Of a DNA stretch of 64,000 bases, positions 1-18,864 are shown in pieces. Origin of the DNA: Escherichia phage vB_EcoM-RPN226; the sequence record OL770073.2. One strand, 5' to 3'. The position numbers were made by a program, and so were the translations under genes. Numbering within the stretch: position 1 is the first letter of the stretch; the number at the start of each line of letters is the position of its first letter. Below the pieces are notes generated by a model. It searched no databases. It worked only from the letters and a program-made list of their open reading frames with translations, and was not told the origin of the DNA.

Positions 1-150
1 GACGACTTCTGCTTGCATGAATATTCCTTCGATGTATAAACCCGGTTTTAAACCTAAGTCTTTTCCATCGTGGGATTCAAGCATTGGCACACCATCAATA
101 ATTTCGCCAGGTTGACCCCAAGTTTCAATTAGTAATTGGGGTTCATTCAT
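1..150 (-). CDS. 21: prohead core scaffold/protease gp21, N-terminal fragment (gene continues past window start)
   Basis: Minus-strand translation from ATG at 148-150 reads [50 protein letters not shown], matching the T4 gp21 N-terminus as recalled; 1-nt overlap with upstream stop. Confidence 0.8.
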   Translation of the reverse strand, partial: MNEPQLLIETWGQPGEIIDGVPMLESHDGKDLGLKPGLYIEGIFMQAEVV

Positions 151-575
151 TAGCTTAATCCTAATGCTTTACGGCGTTTAAGAGCTTTTTTACGCTTACG
201 CTGAGCACGAGATTGACCTGCTGGATTGGCAATCTTCGTTTTGGTAGCTTTGCGAGCAATTTGTCTACGTTTTGCTTTAGACAGCCCAGTGGTTTGAAAT
301 GCATTGCGTTCGCGTGTTTTGCGATCTTTAGTACGTGTAATTTCACCACGAGCTGAAACGTGCTTAACAATGAATTCATTTAACGGCATGTTTTCATTAA
401 TAGAAGCTAATGCAACTGCTAAATCAGTTTCATCATCAAGCATATTCTCGACAATTGTATTTATATCGTCTTTATTTAAAGCAGAAGACAATTCGTCAAA
501 GCGACCCTGTGCTTCAGGAATAAGTGCTTCGACATTCTCGAGAACTAATTCATGAGTTTCAGGGATCAGAAGCAT
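150..575 (-). CDS. 68: prohead core protein gp68
   Basis: 141 aa ORF, basic C-terminus, position between 67 and 21 as in T4 order 20-67-68-21. Confidence 0.8.
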
Positions 576-816
576 TATTCATCATCCTCGTCTTCGTCAT
601 CTTCGTCAGAGTCTTTGTCTTTTTTGTCGTCTTTATCATCACCATCTTCGTCATCATCCTCGTCTTCAGGTTCTTCACCTTCGATTAAGAAATTACGAGC
701 GATAGCGATTTTTTCTTCTTTAATTAAATCAATCGTTCTTGCAGCCATGGCTTCAGCAAATAATTTACGAGCGGCTACGAGGTCGTTTGATTTAATAGCT
801 TCAATTAAACCTTCCA

Positions 817-817
<1 letters not shown>
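575..817 (-). CDS. 67: prohead core protein gp67 with poly-acidic C-terminal tail
   Basis: 80 aa ORF ending in long D/E run, immediately downstream of portal gene; size and position match T4 gp67. Confidence 0.8.
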
Positions 818-2467
<1,650 letters not shown>

Positions 2468-2474
2468 ATTCATT

Positions 2475-2966
2475 TTATTCCCAATAATCGAGAGCGAGAG
2501 TTACTTCAAAGGTTTGGATTTCATTGTTTGAATCCCAATCTAATTGAAGTTCACCCACGTTAGTAGGCCACAGACCTTTAATTTCGACTTCTTTTGTTAC
2601 AGTTTTAGCGTCACGAGCATATTGGCGAACAACAGCGCTCTTTTTATACTCTGCTGGTTTTCCACCAGTAATTTCGTTCCCTTGCCCAGCAGCAATGCTT
2701 TGCCAATCAACAAACTTCTGGCGAGCATCATGTGCCTCATCGTTCATTACTGTAACAGTCCAGTCATCGAATGTACGATCGCCTGCTACGTTAATTTTAC
2801 GGTTCATGAATCCGACTGGAATTTTTTCTACAATACCAGCTGGTAAAGCAGTGGCTTTACATTGAAACGTAAAATTTTGTCCAAGATAAGAAATTTCTAC
2901 TTGGAATAAGTTAGGTCGAGCAAAATCACCAGATTCAAACGCTCGTGTTACATCATCTACAAACAT
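2475..2966 (-). CDS. 19: tail tube protein gp19
   Basis: 163 aa, identical length to T4 gp19, located between sheath gene and portal gene. Confidence 0.9.
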   Translation of the reverse strand: MFVDDVTRAFESGDFARPNLFQVEISYLGQNFTFQCKATALPAGIVEKIPVGFMNRKINVAGDRTFDDWTVTVMNDEAHDARQKFVDWQSIAAGQGNEITGGKPAEYKKSAVVRQYARDAKTVTKEVEIKGLWPTNVGELQLDWDSNNEIQTFEVTLALDYWE

Positions 2967-2980
2967 ATTAGCCTCTGTAG

Positions 2981-2988
2981 TATTTATA
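2981..2988 (-). promoter_or_regulatory. late promoter TATAAATA (gene 19)
   Basis: Plus-strand TATTTATA shortly upstream of gp19 start. Confidence 0.6.
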
Positions 2989-3039
2989 TCCCTATGTTTA
3001 ACCTAGGGCATATAGAATTAAAGAATTAAGGATATAGTG

Positions 3040-3047
3040 TATTTATA
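3040..3047 (-). promoter_or_regulatory. second late promoter-like TATAAATA upstream of gene 19
   Basis: Plus-strand TATTTATA; lies between the HNH gene stop and gene 19. Confidence 0.45.
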
Positions 3048-3073
3048 TGGCCTGCCGAAACAGGCCTTTAGAA

Positions 3074-3718
3074 TCATTCTAGTAAATCCCAAAGATCTAC
3101 GCTATTTCTTTTTGACTTTTCTCGGTTAGATTCCCAAGTGATTATTTCTAAATTTTTTACGCTTGCTATAATTTCCGGCGGAATTAAATTATCAAATCCA
3201 TATTTGATAGATACCTTGTGATCAAGTTGGTAAGCACCTTCTACGCCGCACAATCCTATTTTATCAGCATTCGGCCATTTTGACCAAATTTTTCTTATTT
3301 TAGCTGACTTAGTTATAGAATGAACTCTACTAGCATATAATGCAAACTCTTTTCTTTTACCAGTCCATCGAGGATGTTTATCGCCTCTTTGCCATGGTCT
3401 GCTTATTCCAGATTGAACTTCCGAATTTTTAATAGCAACTTGTTTAATGCTACATTTTCTACATGCATGTGTGGGTGTTCTATTTAAAAGCTGAATGCTT
3501 CTACTAAATTTAATACCACACAAATCACATTTAGCGTCAACTATTTTATTACTATTCTTTGGCATTAATTCTATTGGAACAGATATTGTATCATGATATG
3601 ATACTTTATATCCCAGAATTGTCGACCACATTTTTGAATGATTTCTTGGTTTTATTGTAACAAACTTAGAAATAATCACTTGTTTCCTCGAGAATAGGGG
3701 CCGAAGCCCCACAATCAA
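3074..3718 (-). CDS. free-standing HNH-family homing endonuclease (inserted between genes 18 and 19)
   Basis: Cys pairs CDLCG...CRKCS (zinc-finger-like) and C-terminal QLDHKVSIKYGFDNLIPPEIIASVKNLEIITWESN resembling an HNH motif; true start may be internal Met near 3631 because the 5' end overlaps the gene 18 terminator hairpin. Confidence 0.6.
   Translation of the reverse strand: MIVGLRPLFSRKQVIISKFVTIKPRNHSKMWSTILGYKVSYHDTISVPIELMPKNSNKIVDAKCDLCGIKFSRSIQLLNRTPTHACRKCSIKQVAIKNSEVQSGISRPWQRGDKHPRWTGKRKEFALYASRVHSITKSAKIRKIWSKWPNADKIGLCGVEGAYQLDHKVSIKYGFDNLIPPEIIASVKNLEIITWESNREKSKRNSVDLWDLLE
3697..3710 (-). terminator. UUCG-tetraloop hairpin after gene 18 (terminator or RNA stability element)
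   Basis: Minus-strand GGGGCTTCGGCCCC directly after gp18 stop; no strong U-run. Confidence 0.45.
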
Positions 3719-5698
3719 TTAACCTGCAAGACCAGTTAACTCATCGAAATCTGCACCAGTAGCAGTTGCGACGAAATTAAGTTGGATATAATTTATACTA
3801 CGAGCCGGTTGAATGTAGAATGTTGCAACAAACTCATTTCTATCAATTACTGACGGAGTGTTATTTGTTGTATCGCAAACTACACGATATTCATAAATTC
3901 CACCGAGAGCTTTAATTCCCTGCAAGTACTGGGAAGTTTCTGTGCGGAACGATGAACGAGTAAACGCGTTGTTTAATTCGAACAAACGATATTTTGAACT
4001 ACGTCCGATATTCGTTTTTAACATATTAAACAGACGACGAACGTTAATACGATCAAATGGAGAAGGAACAGAAGTAGCTGTTTTATCACCATACAATACG
4101 TAACCATCACCACCTGTACCGGTTACCGGGTTGATAGCTTCTTGATATAAACGGTCGCGCTGCGCCTGGCGAGTTTCAATAGCAAGTTTAATAACGTTAA
4201 GAATCTGGCCACGATTATAACCAGCTGGAGACATCCAAGTCTGAGAAACGTTATCAGTTCTTGCACACAAACCAGCAATATCAGCTGCTAATGGAACCCA
4301 ACGATTCACATCATTATATTTGTCATACTGATACTTGTAGTTACCATCGATTGCTGCATAGGTTGAACTGATATTAAAGTTGTTATCAGTGTATGAACCT
4401 GCTGCAGTTCTCCAATTGACTAAGTTATCAACAGCACGAGTTACAGGAATTCCAACTACAGTTTCACGCGGTGGTGAGCACAGTACTAAGCAATCTTGGC
4501 GAGCATCACCAATTGAAACGACGTGTTTTTGGACAGTAGATGCTGTTTCTAAAGATTCGCCGGCGCAAGAACCCGCAATAAACAACTGAACGTCAACAGA
4601 TTCACGGTCAGCAAAGAAGTCCCAAGCTTCCATCAAATCTCCTGCTGTCACTTCAGCATTTGATGATAATCCACCAGACAGAGTTAAAATTCCAGAGAAG
4701 CCTTCTGGCCAGTTTTGCGCAGTTGCAAAAATATATTCTGAACCACCTTTTGCGAAAAAGTCATCAATATAGATGTTACTATCGTAAATATCTTTTTCAC
4801 CACGCTTTGTTGAAAGAACAACGCTTTGAACAATAGCATCATTGCGACGAACTATAATAGCGTATTGTGAATCAGTTTGTGGTCCATATCCAAACACTGC
4901 CTTGGCAGTAGATGCGCGGGTTCCGCCGCCTGGATAAATTGGAAGTAATGCAGAAGCCCCTTTTGCGTAGTCAGCTTTAGATACGATTTCAATTTCGATT
5001 TTATCGCCCAACTCGCCTGGATAAAGAGCTACTACTCCTGGAATTCCATATTTTTCGAGATTTGCTTGAAAGTCAACAGCTGTCATAGCAGCTTCGGCAT
5101 TTTCAATTTCAGCTAATAAAATACCAGAATCAGTAATAATTTTTCCAAGAGTTATTACTGCAGCTAAACCAGAGGAAGACGAAGAAATTTCCGCGGTCCA
5201 GTTAGAACCTAATGCTGGATATTCGCCTACTTCTTTCGCTTTAGCGATAATTTTTGCGGTAGGAATATTAATTTTCTTAATTTTTCCATCAGCATCTACT
5301 TCGGTAACTTTACATTCTGTTTCAATGTCTTCTGAAACATACTTAACCGTGATTTTATCTCCAACCGCGTAGTTACTACCTGGGGTAGAAATAGTGTATT
5401 CAATATTACCGGCAATCGGAGATGAGTTTTTAGCGGTATCTCTATCGACAGCACGCACAACTCGCAAATCATTTCCGTATTGTAAGAAATTCATTGCAGA
5501 CATAAAATAGTCAGCAGTTTCAGCTGTAGGTTGACCAAAAGTATTAACTAAATCTACTTCGTTTGTAACCTGTTTAATTTGAAAAGCAGGACCCCACTGG
5601 AATTTACCGGCCAAAGCTGCTGTACCAGTAGAGTTATTAACCACGGTGCTTTGAACCGTAGTTTCTTTGAGCTCAATGCCCGGAGATAATAAAGTCAT
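3719..5698 (-). CDS. 18: tail sheath protein gp18
   Basis: 659 aa, same length as T4 gp18; synteny 17-18-19. Confidence 0.9.
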   Translation of the reverse strand: MTLLSPGIELKETTVQSTVVNNSTGTAALAGKFQWGPAFQIKQVTNEVDLVNTFGQPTAETADYFMSAMNFLQYGNDLRVVRAVDRDTAKNSSPIAGNIEYTISTPGSNYAVGDKITVKYVSEDIETECKVTEVDADGKIKKINIPTAKIIAKAKEVGEYPALGSNWTAEISSSSSGLAAVITLGKIITDSGILLAEIENAEAAMTAVDFQANLEKYGIPGVVALYPGELGDKIEIEIVSKADYAKGASALLPIYPGGGTRASTAKAVFGYGPQTDSQYAIIVRRNDAIVQSVVLSTKRGEKDIYDSNIYIDDFFAKGGSEYIFATAQNWPEGFSGILTLSGGLSSNAEVTAGDLMEAWDFFADRESVDVQLFIAGSCAGESLETASTVQKHVVSIGDARQDCLVLCSPPRETVVGIPVTRAVDNLVNWRTAAGSYTDNNFNISSTYAAIDGNYKYQYDKYNDVNRWVPLAADIAGLCARTDNVSQTWMSPAGYNRGQILNVIKLAIETRQAQRDRLYQEAINPVTGTGGDGYVLYGDKTATSVPSPFDRINVRRLFNMLKTNIGRSSKYRLFELNNAFTRSSFRTETSQYLQGIKALGGIYEYRVVCDTTNNTPSVIDRNEFVATFYIQPARSINYIQLNFVATATGADFDELTGLAG

Positions 5699-5726
5699 TT
5701 TTAATCCTCTTTAATATGCTTTAATA

Positions 5727-8867
<3,141 letters not shown>

Positions 8868-8908
8868 GATTTCTCCTAATCTGGGCTTTAATTAGTTTAT
8901 AATATTTA

Positions 8909-11419
<2,511 letters not shown>

Positions 11420-11424
11420 TTAAA

Positions 11425-11448
11425 AATCCTTTGGGGCCTTGCGGCCCC
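11425..11448 (-). terminator. terminator-like hairpin after wac
   Basis: GGGGCCTTGCGGCCCC hairpin followed on minus strand by AAAGGATTTTT. Confidence 0.5.
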
Positions 11449-11451
11449 ATG

Positions 11452-12909
11452 TTATGCTGGTGATAAAAAGGTAGAAAGTAGTACCCATTCGCCGTCTTTA
11501 CGAACGTAAGCTTGGCCATCTTTTGGAGCTTCAGGAATATAACCTGCTTCCTGTAAAGTCTGAACATCCCCCTGTAATGAAGATACATTACTTTTAATAC
11601 TATGCATTTCTTGATTAATAGAAGAAATGTTAGTTTCATTAGCTTTTATTGAATTAGTTAATCCGCGCTCTTCTACTGTTGAACCATTTGGATTTGTGCC
11701 GCTTACTAGTTTATTTAGTGCAACAACTTGGCCTTTAATTCCAGTAGTGTTATTACCAATTTCAACTTGTAAGTTTTGAACATCATTGTTCAGTCTATTA
11801 ACTGAAGTTTCAACAGTTGAAACCCTATTTAAAAGAGACCCAGGAGGAGAAGGCTGACCTCCACTAGAATCAGTTCCAACGATTTGGTTTAGCCATGAAA
11901 CGTTTGCTCGTAGTCCAGATGAAGTGTTTTCACCAACAATTCCATTTAAAAACTCAATTGATGTTGTATTATCTTTAATTTGACCTTTAATACTAGAAGG
12001 AATATCATCTGAGCCAATTGACGTTTCAATGACAGTCAATCGTTGTTTAATACCTCCGCTTTTATTTAGTTCATCATTTAAAGCTGAAACTTCTCGTGTA
12101 TTAGTGTTAACATCTGTGATTATTGAAGTATTTCCTGGATATCCAATAGAAGTTTTGATAGATTTAATTTCGGAACTAAGATTAATCTGCGATTGATCTA
12201 AATTATGAACACGTGAATATATGCTTTCACTGAATGAAGATGGTCTTTGTCCAAGCTCTTGTCTAAGATTTCCGACTTCAATTGTCAGTGAACCTACATC
12301 AGATTCAATAAATTTTTCTTCCAAATCACTTAGACGTATTCCTTGGGAAGTTATAGCATCTGTATTATTAATGATGCGGTGCTTCATACCCGTGCTGCTA
12401 TTTCCTACAACAGGAAGACCATTAATATCTTGCCCAGCATATTGTCCTAATTCCCTTTTAATCCATAACAAATCATTTCTAATCGTTCTATAAACTGAAT
12501 TTGCTTGCGAATTAAATGGACCAATATCAGAAAGAATATTATCAACCGTAGTATTTGTGCCATTTAATATATCAGTATGTTCATTCGTGAGTGTCTTTAA
12601 ATTTGATATATCATTTTTATTAACACTGATCTGTGATAGCGCTTCTATATCTCCTGATACATCTAAAATGTCTTGAATGGTTTTAATATCTTCCTGAGAT
12701 GTTTCAATGGCAGTTTTAAGAATTCCTACATTTTCGTCGAGAACCTCGACATTTTTAAACACAGAAACAGTTGGTCTATTCATTGACCCATCGTTTCCAT
12801 ACTTAGTACTAGCTCCTAATATTTCTTCACCATTTTTAATCCATGAAATACGTTCCTGACCTTCGCCAGGAACGCTATCAACAAAAGGTAACTCTTTTAA
12901 TTCAATCAT
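11452..12909 (-). CDS. wac: fibritin (whisker antigen control)
   Basis: 485 aa coiled-coil protein ending with foldon [27 protein letters not shown]. Confidence 0.95.
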   Translation of the reverse strand: MIELKELPFVDSVPGEGQERISWIKNGEEILGASTKYGNDGSMNRPTVSVFKNVEVLDENVGILKTAIETSQEDIKTIQDILDVSGDIEALSQISVNKNDISNLKTLTNEHTDILNGTNTTVDNILSDIGPFNSQANSVYRTIRNDLLWIKRELGQYAGQDINGLPVVGNSSTGMKHRIINNTDAITSQGIRLSDLEEKFIESDVGSLTIEVGNLRQELGQRPSSFSESIYSRVHNLDQSQINLSSEIKSIKTSIGYPGNTSIITDVNTNTREVSALNDELNKSGGIKQRLTVIETSIGSDDIPSSIKGQIKDNTTSIEFLNGIVGENTSSGLRANVSWLNQIVGTDSSGGQPSPPGSLLNRVSTVETSVNRLNNDVQNLQVEIGNNTTGIKGQVVALNKLVSGTNPNGSTVEERGLTNSIKANETNISSINQEMHSIKSNVSSLQGDVQTLQEAGYIPEAPKDGQAYVRKDGEWVLLSTFLSPA

Positions 12910-12918
12910 TTGTAATCC

Positions 12919-14469
12919 TTAGTAATGAATTTTAATAATATAGTTTAATGATATATTCCATGGTCTAGTTTCATAACCAATTAATCCTTCACGATTAAGT
13001 GTACCAAGGGCATCTCTCGGTCCACCCAATTCAAATCCATCATTAGTGAAGTATGAAGCATTATCCCAGTCGGCATATTTTCTAGTTCCAAGATATCCTT
13101 GATAAACGGACGCACCAAATGGAGCTTCATGTCTTTGGTATTCTCCCCAACCACCAGCATGTTTATGGTATGACATTTGTTGTGCCTGAACGCCACCAAC
13201 ATGCATTCCGTCGCATCCTACACCAAGTCTATCCTTCCCATAGCCATCTTGTCCTCGTTGATTTAAAATATGACCGCCCGTGCCAGCTCCTCTGACGAAA
13301 AGACCTCGCATATCAGGAATGCCAGGGTTATTCCAATCACCACCAAATCTTGTTCCAACTGTGTTTCTATAATCAGGATATTGATCTCCTGACACTGTTC
13401 CACCATGGCACATAATCCAACCCGGAGGTGCTGAATCTCCCGCAAACATCATAATAGTTCCAACTGGAACCCTTTCTGACGCATATCTTTCAGTGGCAAC
13501 AGGTTGATCGCCATTTTTCCACATTCCGCCGCGCGACCAAATTCCGTTTGCTGTAAGATGGTCTAAATTTAAAGAACCATTAATAGTTTGTCCACCACGA
13601 GTATTAATTACATCTGCGTTCCATGCTAATGCACCAGAGCTATCACCTTCAGGGGCAATACCGGCTTGCGTCGTTAATTTTACCACCCCACGCATAGAAC
13701 CAGTAGCTCCTCGACCATTTAGTGTTTCACCTGTTACTGCAACATCTCCTAAATTACTGTTAATTTCCGATTGTGTTCCTAAACGTATAACACCCTTATA
13801 TTCTTGTGTTGCAACAGAATTCATAAAGGTATACGGAGAAATTGCATATCCTTCGCGGAGAGTTCCTTGACGAGTTTGCGCAACAGTAGATAATTGAACT
13901 ACACCTCTCACAGATTCTGATGCAGTATCTTCGGAAGGAGCTATTTGTGAAATTAATTTTATTGCAAGTTTTTGCGTTTTTAATGGAGTCATTGCCGTAG
14001 TATCATCAACTCCAGCTAAAGCTGCAGGTGTAGATGATATTTTAATAACCCCGTTTGATGACTCAGACGAATATCTATTTTGGAACACATCGTCAGTATG
14101 GTATTTCAGTTTTTGCGGCGTTATTGATGAATTATTATCTGAGCCTTCTAATGTTTCTTCATTTGTTGAATAGCGCGTTAAACCATACTTAGTTTCAGTA
14201 GCATTTGGATACAATAATCTTGTTGCTAATGTAGCTGGTGTAACGATTTTAGAATTATTAGTTCCATCTAAAACCTCTTGCTCTGACGCAATCATTGCTA
14301 TTCCTTTAACTTCCATAGTTGCATCAGGAATACCATTTATGCCGATATTACTTATTTTTGATAATGCAGACTGCACTGTCGTGACAGTGTCAGGAAAATT
14401 CGATCCAATAGGATCGAATTTAACATATTTTGATTCATTTGATACGTGCTGATATGTATTGTTACTCAT
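12919..14469 (-). CDS. 12: short tail fibre protein gp12
   Basis: 516 aa ORF between gp11 and wac; size and synteny with T4 gp12. Confidence 0.85.
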   Translation of the reverse strand: MSNNTYQHVSNESKYVKFDPIGSNFPDTVTTVQSALSKISNIGINGIPDATMEVKGIAMIASEQEVLDGTNNSKIVTPATLATRLLYPNATETKYGLTRYSTNEETLEGSDNNSSITPQKLKYHTDDVFQNRYSSESSNGVIKISSTPAALAGVDDTTAMTPLKTQKLAIKLISQIAPSEDTASESVRGVVQLSTVAQTRQGTLREGYAISPYTFMNSVATQEYKGVIRLGTQSEINSNLGDVAVTGETLNGRGATGSMRGVVKLTTQAGIAPEGDSSGALAWNADVINTRGGQTINGSLNLDHLTANGIWSRGGMWKNGDQPVATERYASERVPVGTIMMFAGDSAPPGWIMCHGGTVSGDQYPDYRNTVGTRFGGDWNNPGIPDMRGLFVRGAGTGGHILNQRGQDGYGKDRLGVGCDGMHVGGVQAQQMSYHKHAGGWGEYQRHEAPFGASVYQGYLGTRKYADWDNASYFTNDGFELGGPRDALGTLNREGLIGYETRPWNISLNYIIKIHY

Positions 14470-15125
14470 GCTATTCTCTCAAAATAATAAAATACTGTAG
14501 GTTGTGTGTGACTATCTAGCGTGACAGTTTGCGCACCTAATAATTGCCAAGTTCCGTATCCAGGTTTAGAAGGAGAAATTATTTCCTGTTTGAAAGTAAT
14601 TCCTTTATCAGAGTATTGTTCTAAGATATGTTCTTGGTTATCTAAATACTTAACTTGTATTTTATTTCCTATGGTAGGATGGTCTTCAAATGAATCAATT
14701 GCAATAAATTTTGCAACCATTTCCTGTAGAGCTGTTCTAACGGCACTGGTAAATTCGATTGAAGTCATTCCGTTGGTAGCTTTAACAGGAATGCCAAACA
14801 TGTTAACAATAACTGGGTCACCCGGTTTGGCTGAAGTATCAGTAACAGTTCCTTCAAATGACCAATAGTCTGTTTGCTGCACGCCAGTAGGAGATACGCC
14901 GCTTATATTAACTAATACAGCTCCAACTTGTTGCTCTGCCATATTTCTAACATCATTGATAGCAGATTCTACATTTGGGTCATAAAAACCCTTTGCTATT
15001 TGTGAAATTGTTACAGCGCCTACTGGCTGATTATTCATAACCGAAATATCATTTTTCTTAGTTCTAAAACCAAGAAAATCTGCTAAGCGGGAAATAACTC
15101 CCGCTTTATTATTAAGTAAACTCAT
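14466..15125 (-). CDS. 11: baseplate wedge protein gp11 (start moved to internal Met giving 219 aa)
   Basis: Met-7 start gives 219 aa as in T4 gp11 and ATGA-type overlap with gp10 stop. Confidence 0.8.
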   Translation of the reverse strand: MSLLNNKAGVISRLADFLGFRTKKNDISVMNNQPVGAVTISQIAKGFYDPNVESAINDVRNMAEQQVGAVLVNISGVSPTGVQQTDYWSFEGTVTDTSAKPGDPVIVNMFGIPVKATNGMTSIEFTSAVRTALQEMVAKFIAIDSFEDHPTIGNKIQVKYLDNQEHILEQYSDKGITFKQEIISPSKPGYGTWQLLGAQTVTLDSHTQPTVFYYFERIA

Positions 15126-16930
15126 TATGCAATCCTTATCCAACGGTATACAGTAATAGACGGTTGAATATTACTAATATTAGCAGGAGGAGTATGTGAA
15201 GAGTTTGTTGTTGCGTAATCTTCACGGTATTTTGTATATATAGGACCAGTTTCATCTGGGTCATATTGGCAACCTCCAATAATAACCGATCCATTTTCGT
15301 CTTCAATTAAAACTCTTTCGTCGGTTTTAGTTGCAGGAAGATTTGCGTTTTCAAGCGTTACTGATGTTGTTCCAACCGTTCCACCGGCAGTATGTGAAGG
15401 ATTTCCACTAGAATCTAAATCATTATTGTTTAAAGCAAAGTTTGGATCCGTAACATCATCATTCCATCCTACTAAAACTTGTCCTTTACCAAATAATTTC
15501 CATGAACCAAATCCCATATAAGTCACCGGATTATTTGGATTTATAGCATTTTCATAAATTGAACCTACAGGATAAATGCTATCGAAAATAGATGATATTG
15601 AATTATACGTTCTAGTATAAGAATCAACTTTTTCAACATTTGGCCAACCGATTTTATCGAAATCTGTTAAGGCCACATCACCAGTAACTTCAGTAGATGA
15701 TCCTTTGCTAACATAGCGGTCATCAGTCAATTCAATAATGTCATCTTTTTCTAAAAGAGTTCCTAAATCGTTATTGAACCATGTTATAACGATAATGTCA
15801 CCTGATTCAAATTTTCTATCAAATAAAAGACTGGTAGGTTTTCCATCTTCATATTCTATAGAATAATCTGTGTTTGATTCTTTCCATTCGCCACCAAGAG
15901 ATATACATCCTTCTTGTGTATCTGAACTAGCGCCTTCACACAAAAACAGAGGATATCCAGCTGTTCCAGCCTGCTGCTGTAAAATTCCATTAAAACGAAC
16001 CTCAAGAGAGTTAGGATTAATGGGTTCACCAGGAATTAATCCAAATGCAGAAAATGGAATTGATTTCATCGCCGATAAATCAGTAACATAAATGCTTCCT
16101 TCTAAAGAAGTCTTTGATGTTAGTTTTGAATCTAGTACTTTTATTTGGCGTCTAGTATATGAACTTCTCCATTGTGATACACCATCCATAAATGTTTCAA
16201 TTTGAACAGTGTCACCAATATTACAAGGCTGTCTTAATCGAATATTAAATCCATCAAGAGGAACTAATTCGCCTTCATTTTCGCCCGGAGAGCCAAAGTC
16301 ACTGTTTTCGCTAAATACATCACCGTAATACAATTCGTTACCACGATGTTTTACTCTGATGTTATTGACATTATAACTAGTTCCATTAAAAACATCTAAA
16401 AAGTCTGTTTGCCCTTGAACTTCGACTAAAAATTCTTTACGAGCTACATTACTAATGTCTGAACTAATAATTTTATCAATTTGCTTATTTTTGACATACT
16501 CCCAGCGTCCTGGAGCGCAATAAACGAGCTCTAAATCACTAAATTGAATATTAATTTCAACTGACGATGACGACCCTTTAATTGTATCTCCGGAAGCAGC
16601 TACTAAAGTAACTGGATTGATGTTCCATGTAGCGAATACGTCTCTAGCTCTAATTACCTTGTTGTAATCATTAACAGTTCCTTTAGGAAGTTGTAGAGTT
16701 ACTCTTCCAGACGAAGTATTAATGGCATATGATTTTCCCCATTCTGCCGTTAGTGTTTGTCCAGATGAAGCATTATAAGTTTTCCAGGCACCGGCTGAAT
16801 ATGGAACATCTCCATCACCAAGTTCATAATAAAGTTCATCAAAGTTTTCATTTATTTTTATACCACCTTTACGCAGGTAGTCACCGGTACCATCATCAAC
16901 AACATTACCGATATTAATATTTTGTTTCAT
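15125..16930 (-). CDS. 10: baseplate wedge protein gp10
   Basis: 601 aa; synteny 9-10-11. Confidence 0.85.
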   Translation of the reverse strand: MKQNINIGNVVDDGTGDYLRKGGIKINENFDELYYELGDGDVPYSAGAWKTYNASSGQTLTAEWGKSYAINTSSGRVTLQLPKGTVNDYNKVIRARDVFATWNINPVTLVAASGDTIKGSSSSVEINIQFSDLELVYCAPGRWEYVKNKQIDKIISSDISNVARKEFLVEVQGQTDFLDVFNGTSYNVNNIRVKHRGNELYYGDVFSENSDFGSPGENEGELVPLDGFNIRLRQPCNIGDTVQIETFMDGVSQWRSSYTRRQIKVLDSKLTSKTSLEGSIYVTDLSAMKSIPFSAFGLIPGEPINPNSLEVRFNGILQQQAGTAGYPLFLCEGASSDTQEGCISLGGEWKESNTDYSIEYEDGKPTSLLFDRKFESGDIIVITWFNNDLGTLLEKDDIIELTDDRYVSKGSSTEVTGDVALTDFDKIGWPNVEKVDSYTRTYNSISSIFDSIYPVGSIYENAINPNNPVTYMGFGSWKLFGKGQVLVGWNDDVTDPNFALNNNDLDSSGNPSHTAGGTVGTTSVTLENANLPATKTDERVLIEDENGSVIIGGCQYDPDETGPIYTKYREDYATTNSSHTPPANISNIQPSITVYRWIRIA

Positions 16931-17796
16931 TATTGAGCCACCCCGATTTTCTGCGTAGCGATAACTTTAACTGCTGCTCTCATACCGACAGTTGAAGAAC
17001 TTATAGTCGCCGTTACATAATTTTCTTTAATACTAAATGCAATATTAGCGATTTCGTCTTCTTCGGTTTCATTCCCAACCCGCATGACAGCATATTCAGA
17101 AGAAATGACCGTTGAATTAACAGTATCTACAAGAATATTTATTTCTGCCGTTTTAATTTTTCTTCCATCTACCGATTGACACGTAACTAGTAATTTAGCC
17201 ATATTGTATTCAGTACGATGAAATAATGGAATGTCAACTGATCCGGATGTAGAAATATTCCATGTACCTTCAGCCGGTGATTCCTTTTGGCCAAACATAC
17301 TTTCAATAGAATAATTCCAAACTGACGTAGAATTATCAGATGAAATACAACGTAAAGTAACTTTACTATATGGGCTAGTTACTACCAAATTACCTGAAAC
17401 ACCTTTAATTGAATCAATCGCTTGAATCGTTAAAGGATTGGTAACTGATATAGATCCATTTGAGTTAATAAATTCAACGCAATCACCAAGTTCGCCTCTT
17501 TCAATGATAACTTTAACACCTACAGCAGAGGTATCAATATCGTGTCTAGTACCAACTTTCACCGGAGTTGCGTACTCTGTGATAGAATGCTTTTGATAAT
17601 ATCCAGTAGCATGGATAATTTGGCCGTCAGCACCAGTACCATTTGCTACTGCCATTTTACGCTGATCGCCAAACGCGTTATAAATTGCATTAAAATCACT
17701 ATTAATTTTATTACCACCGTCGAATAAGATATCACCAGTAGAAGCGTTACCAATTTCGCCGGTATCAATCAATTTCTTTGGTTCTTGAATGAACAT
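16930..17796 (-). CDS. 9: baseplate wedge protein gp9 (long tail fibre socket)
   Basis: 288 aa, identical length to T4 gp9. Confidence 0.85.
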   Translation of the reverse strand: MFIQEPKKLIDTGEIGNASTGDILFDGGNKINSDFNAIYNAFGDQRKMAVANGTGADGQIIHATGYYQKHSITEYATPVKVGTRHDIDTSAVGVKVIIERGELGDCVEFINSNGSISVTNPLTIQAIDSIKGVSGNLVVTSPYSKVTLRCISSDNSTSVWNYSIESMFGQKESPAEGTWNISTSGSVDIPLFHRTEYNMAKLLVTCQSVDGRKIKTAEINILVDTVNSTVISSEYAVMRVGNETEEDEIANIAFSIKENYVTATISSSTVGMRAAVKVIATQKIGVAQ

Positions 17797-17820
17797 AGCG
17801 GTTTCCTTATGAGTTTATAG

Positions 17821-17828
17821 TATTTATA
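17821..17828 (-). promoter_or_regulatory. late promoter TATAAATA (gene 9)
   Basis: Plus-strand TATTTATA in 8-9 intergenic region just downstream of terminator hairpin. Confidence 0.6.
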
Positions 17829-17854
17829 AAGAAAAAGGGAGCCCATGGGCTCCC
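17829..17854 (-). terminator. rho-independent terminator after gene 8
   Basis: Hairpin GGGAGCCCATGGGCTCCC followed on minus strand by TTTTTC. Confidence 0.6.
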
Positions 17855-17859
17855 TTAAT

Positions 17860-18864
17860 TTAAAATGTAAACAGAATATTGATTTCTTCCGTTTGATCCA
17901 TTGCCATAATAATAGGTGGCCTATTTTCCATATAAATCATTTCGCCCGAATGCCTCATTAAATCTTCCGGATCATAATAATCCTTTTCAGCTTTAACGTT
18001 TGGGTCATTTGGATGAGCTTTAGCTTCAAGAGGATTCGTGATTATTGATATTTGCCTAAATCCTTTATTTCCCGGCAGTGCAGCTTCAGGAAAATAAACT
18101 GAATCTAAATATGCTTTAAAACGGATAGTATTTGCCTTAACACGGTAAATTAATCCAAAATCATCTTGCTGCCATGTGAGATTATCTTCATACCCCCATC
18201 TAGTCGGATCTTCTTTTAATTCCTCAGGCCAAGGAACCACGATATATTCATTCGTGCATCTGTTTATAGATACATCAGGCGGAATCTCAAAAAGATATTC
18301 CCATACATACCCGTCTCCAGGTTCGATTGTTCCTTCCGCGTCTCCTCGACCTTCAGGAGGAGTCATTGACCTAACAGAAGGAGTCCATTTTCCACCTAGC
18401 TTAAGGCATTCATCCTTATTAGTTAAAGACTCAATTGAGCACATTCCAGTATCAGGAACATCTAAACAACGATATACTAACCAGCCTGCGCCTGATTCGG
18501 TAGCGTTGTAAGGAGCTGAGTTACACACTACAATATCGTTAATTCTAAATGTGTATGGATCCGGATATCTAGTATCTCCCCAATCTCGACGAGGAATAAC
18601 TGCATCAAGCATAGATGGAAGAACCTTCACGGTTCCCATCATATGAGTCCACATGTCAGTTACACCTAACACAGAATCGGTGGGATGAGGTGGGGCAAAT
18701 CCCACCTCATTTTCGTTTGATGACCACGGTTCTGATCTTCCAAATGTAATAAAGATAGTGTTTTTATCCGGACCACTTCCAATTGAATTATAAAAATTCA
18801 ACATTTTTTCTGTTCTAAATTTTGAAGTAACTATCGCACGATAGATAACACTTGAATCATTCAT
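17860..18864 (-). CDS. 8: baseplate wedge protein gp8
   Basis: 334 aa, identical length to T4 gp8. Confidence 0.85.
   Translation of the reverse strand: MNDSSVIYRAIVTSKFRTEKMLNFYNSIGSGPDKNTIFITFGRSEPWSSNENEVGFAPPHPTDSVLGVTDMWTHMMGTVKVLPSMLDAVIPRRDWGDTRYPDPYTFRINDIVVCNSAPYNATESGAGWLVYRCLDVPDTGMCSIESLTNKDECLKLGGKWTPSVRSMTPPEGRGDAEGTIEPGDGYVWEYLFEIPPDVSINRCTNEYIVVPWPEELKEDPTRWGYEDNLTWQQDDFGLIYRVKANTIRFKAYLDSVYFPEAALPGNKGFRQISIITNPLEAKAHPNDPNVKAEKDYYDPEDLMRHSGEMIYMENRPPIIMAMDQTEEINILFTF

Noticed and set aside
601-700. Triplet repeats (GAA/GAT/GTC) in the gp67 region as a possible repeat element
   Set aside because: They encode the acidic C-terminal tail of the prohead core protein; a coding low-complexity region, not a non-coding repeat.
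8868-8908. Late promoter upstream of gene 15
   Set aside because: Only TATAAATA-like approximations (no exact match) in the 14/15 intergenic region; not called.
12981-13445. Small minus-strand ORFs 12981-13202 and 13263-13445
   Set aside because: Alternative-frame ORFs nested inside the gp12 coding region.
18176-18511. Plus-strand ORFs inside baseplate genes (for example 18176-18511, 19768-20127, 14521-14868, 12221-12493)
   Set aside because: They lie entirely within long, well-supported minus-strand structural genes and have no RBS or promoter context; treated as antisense shadow ORFs.
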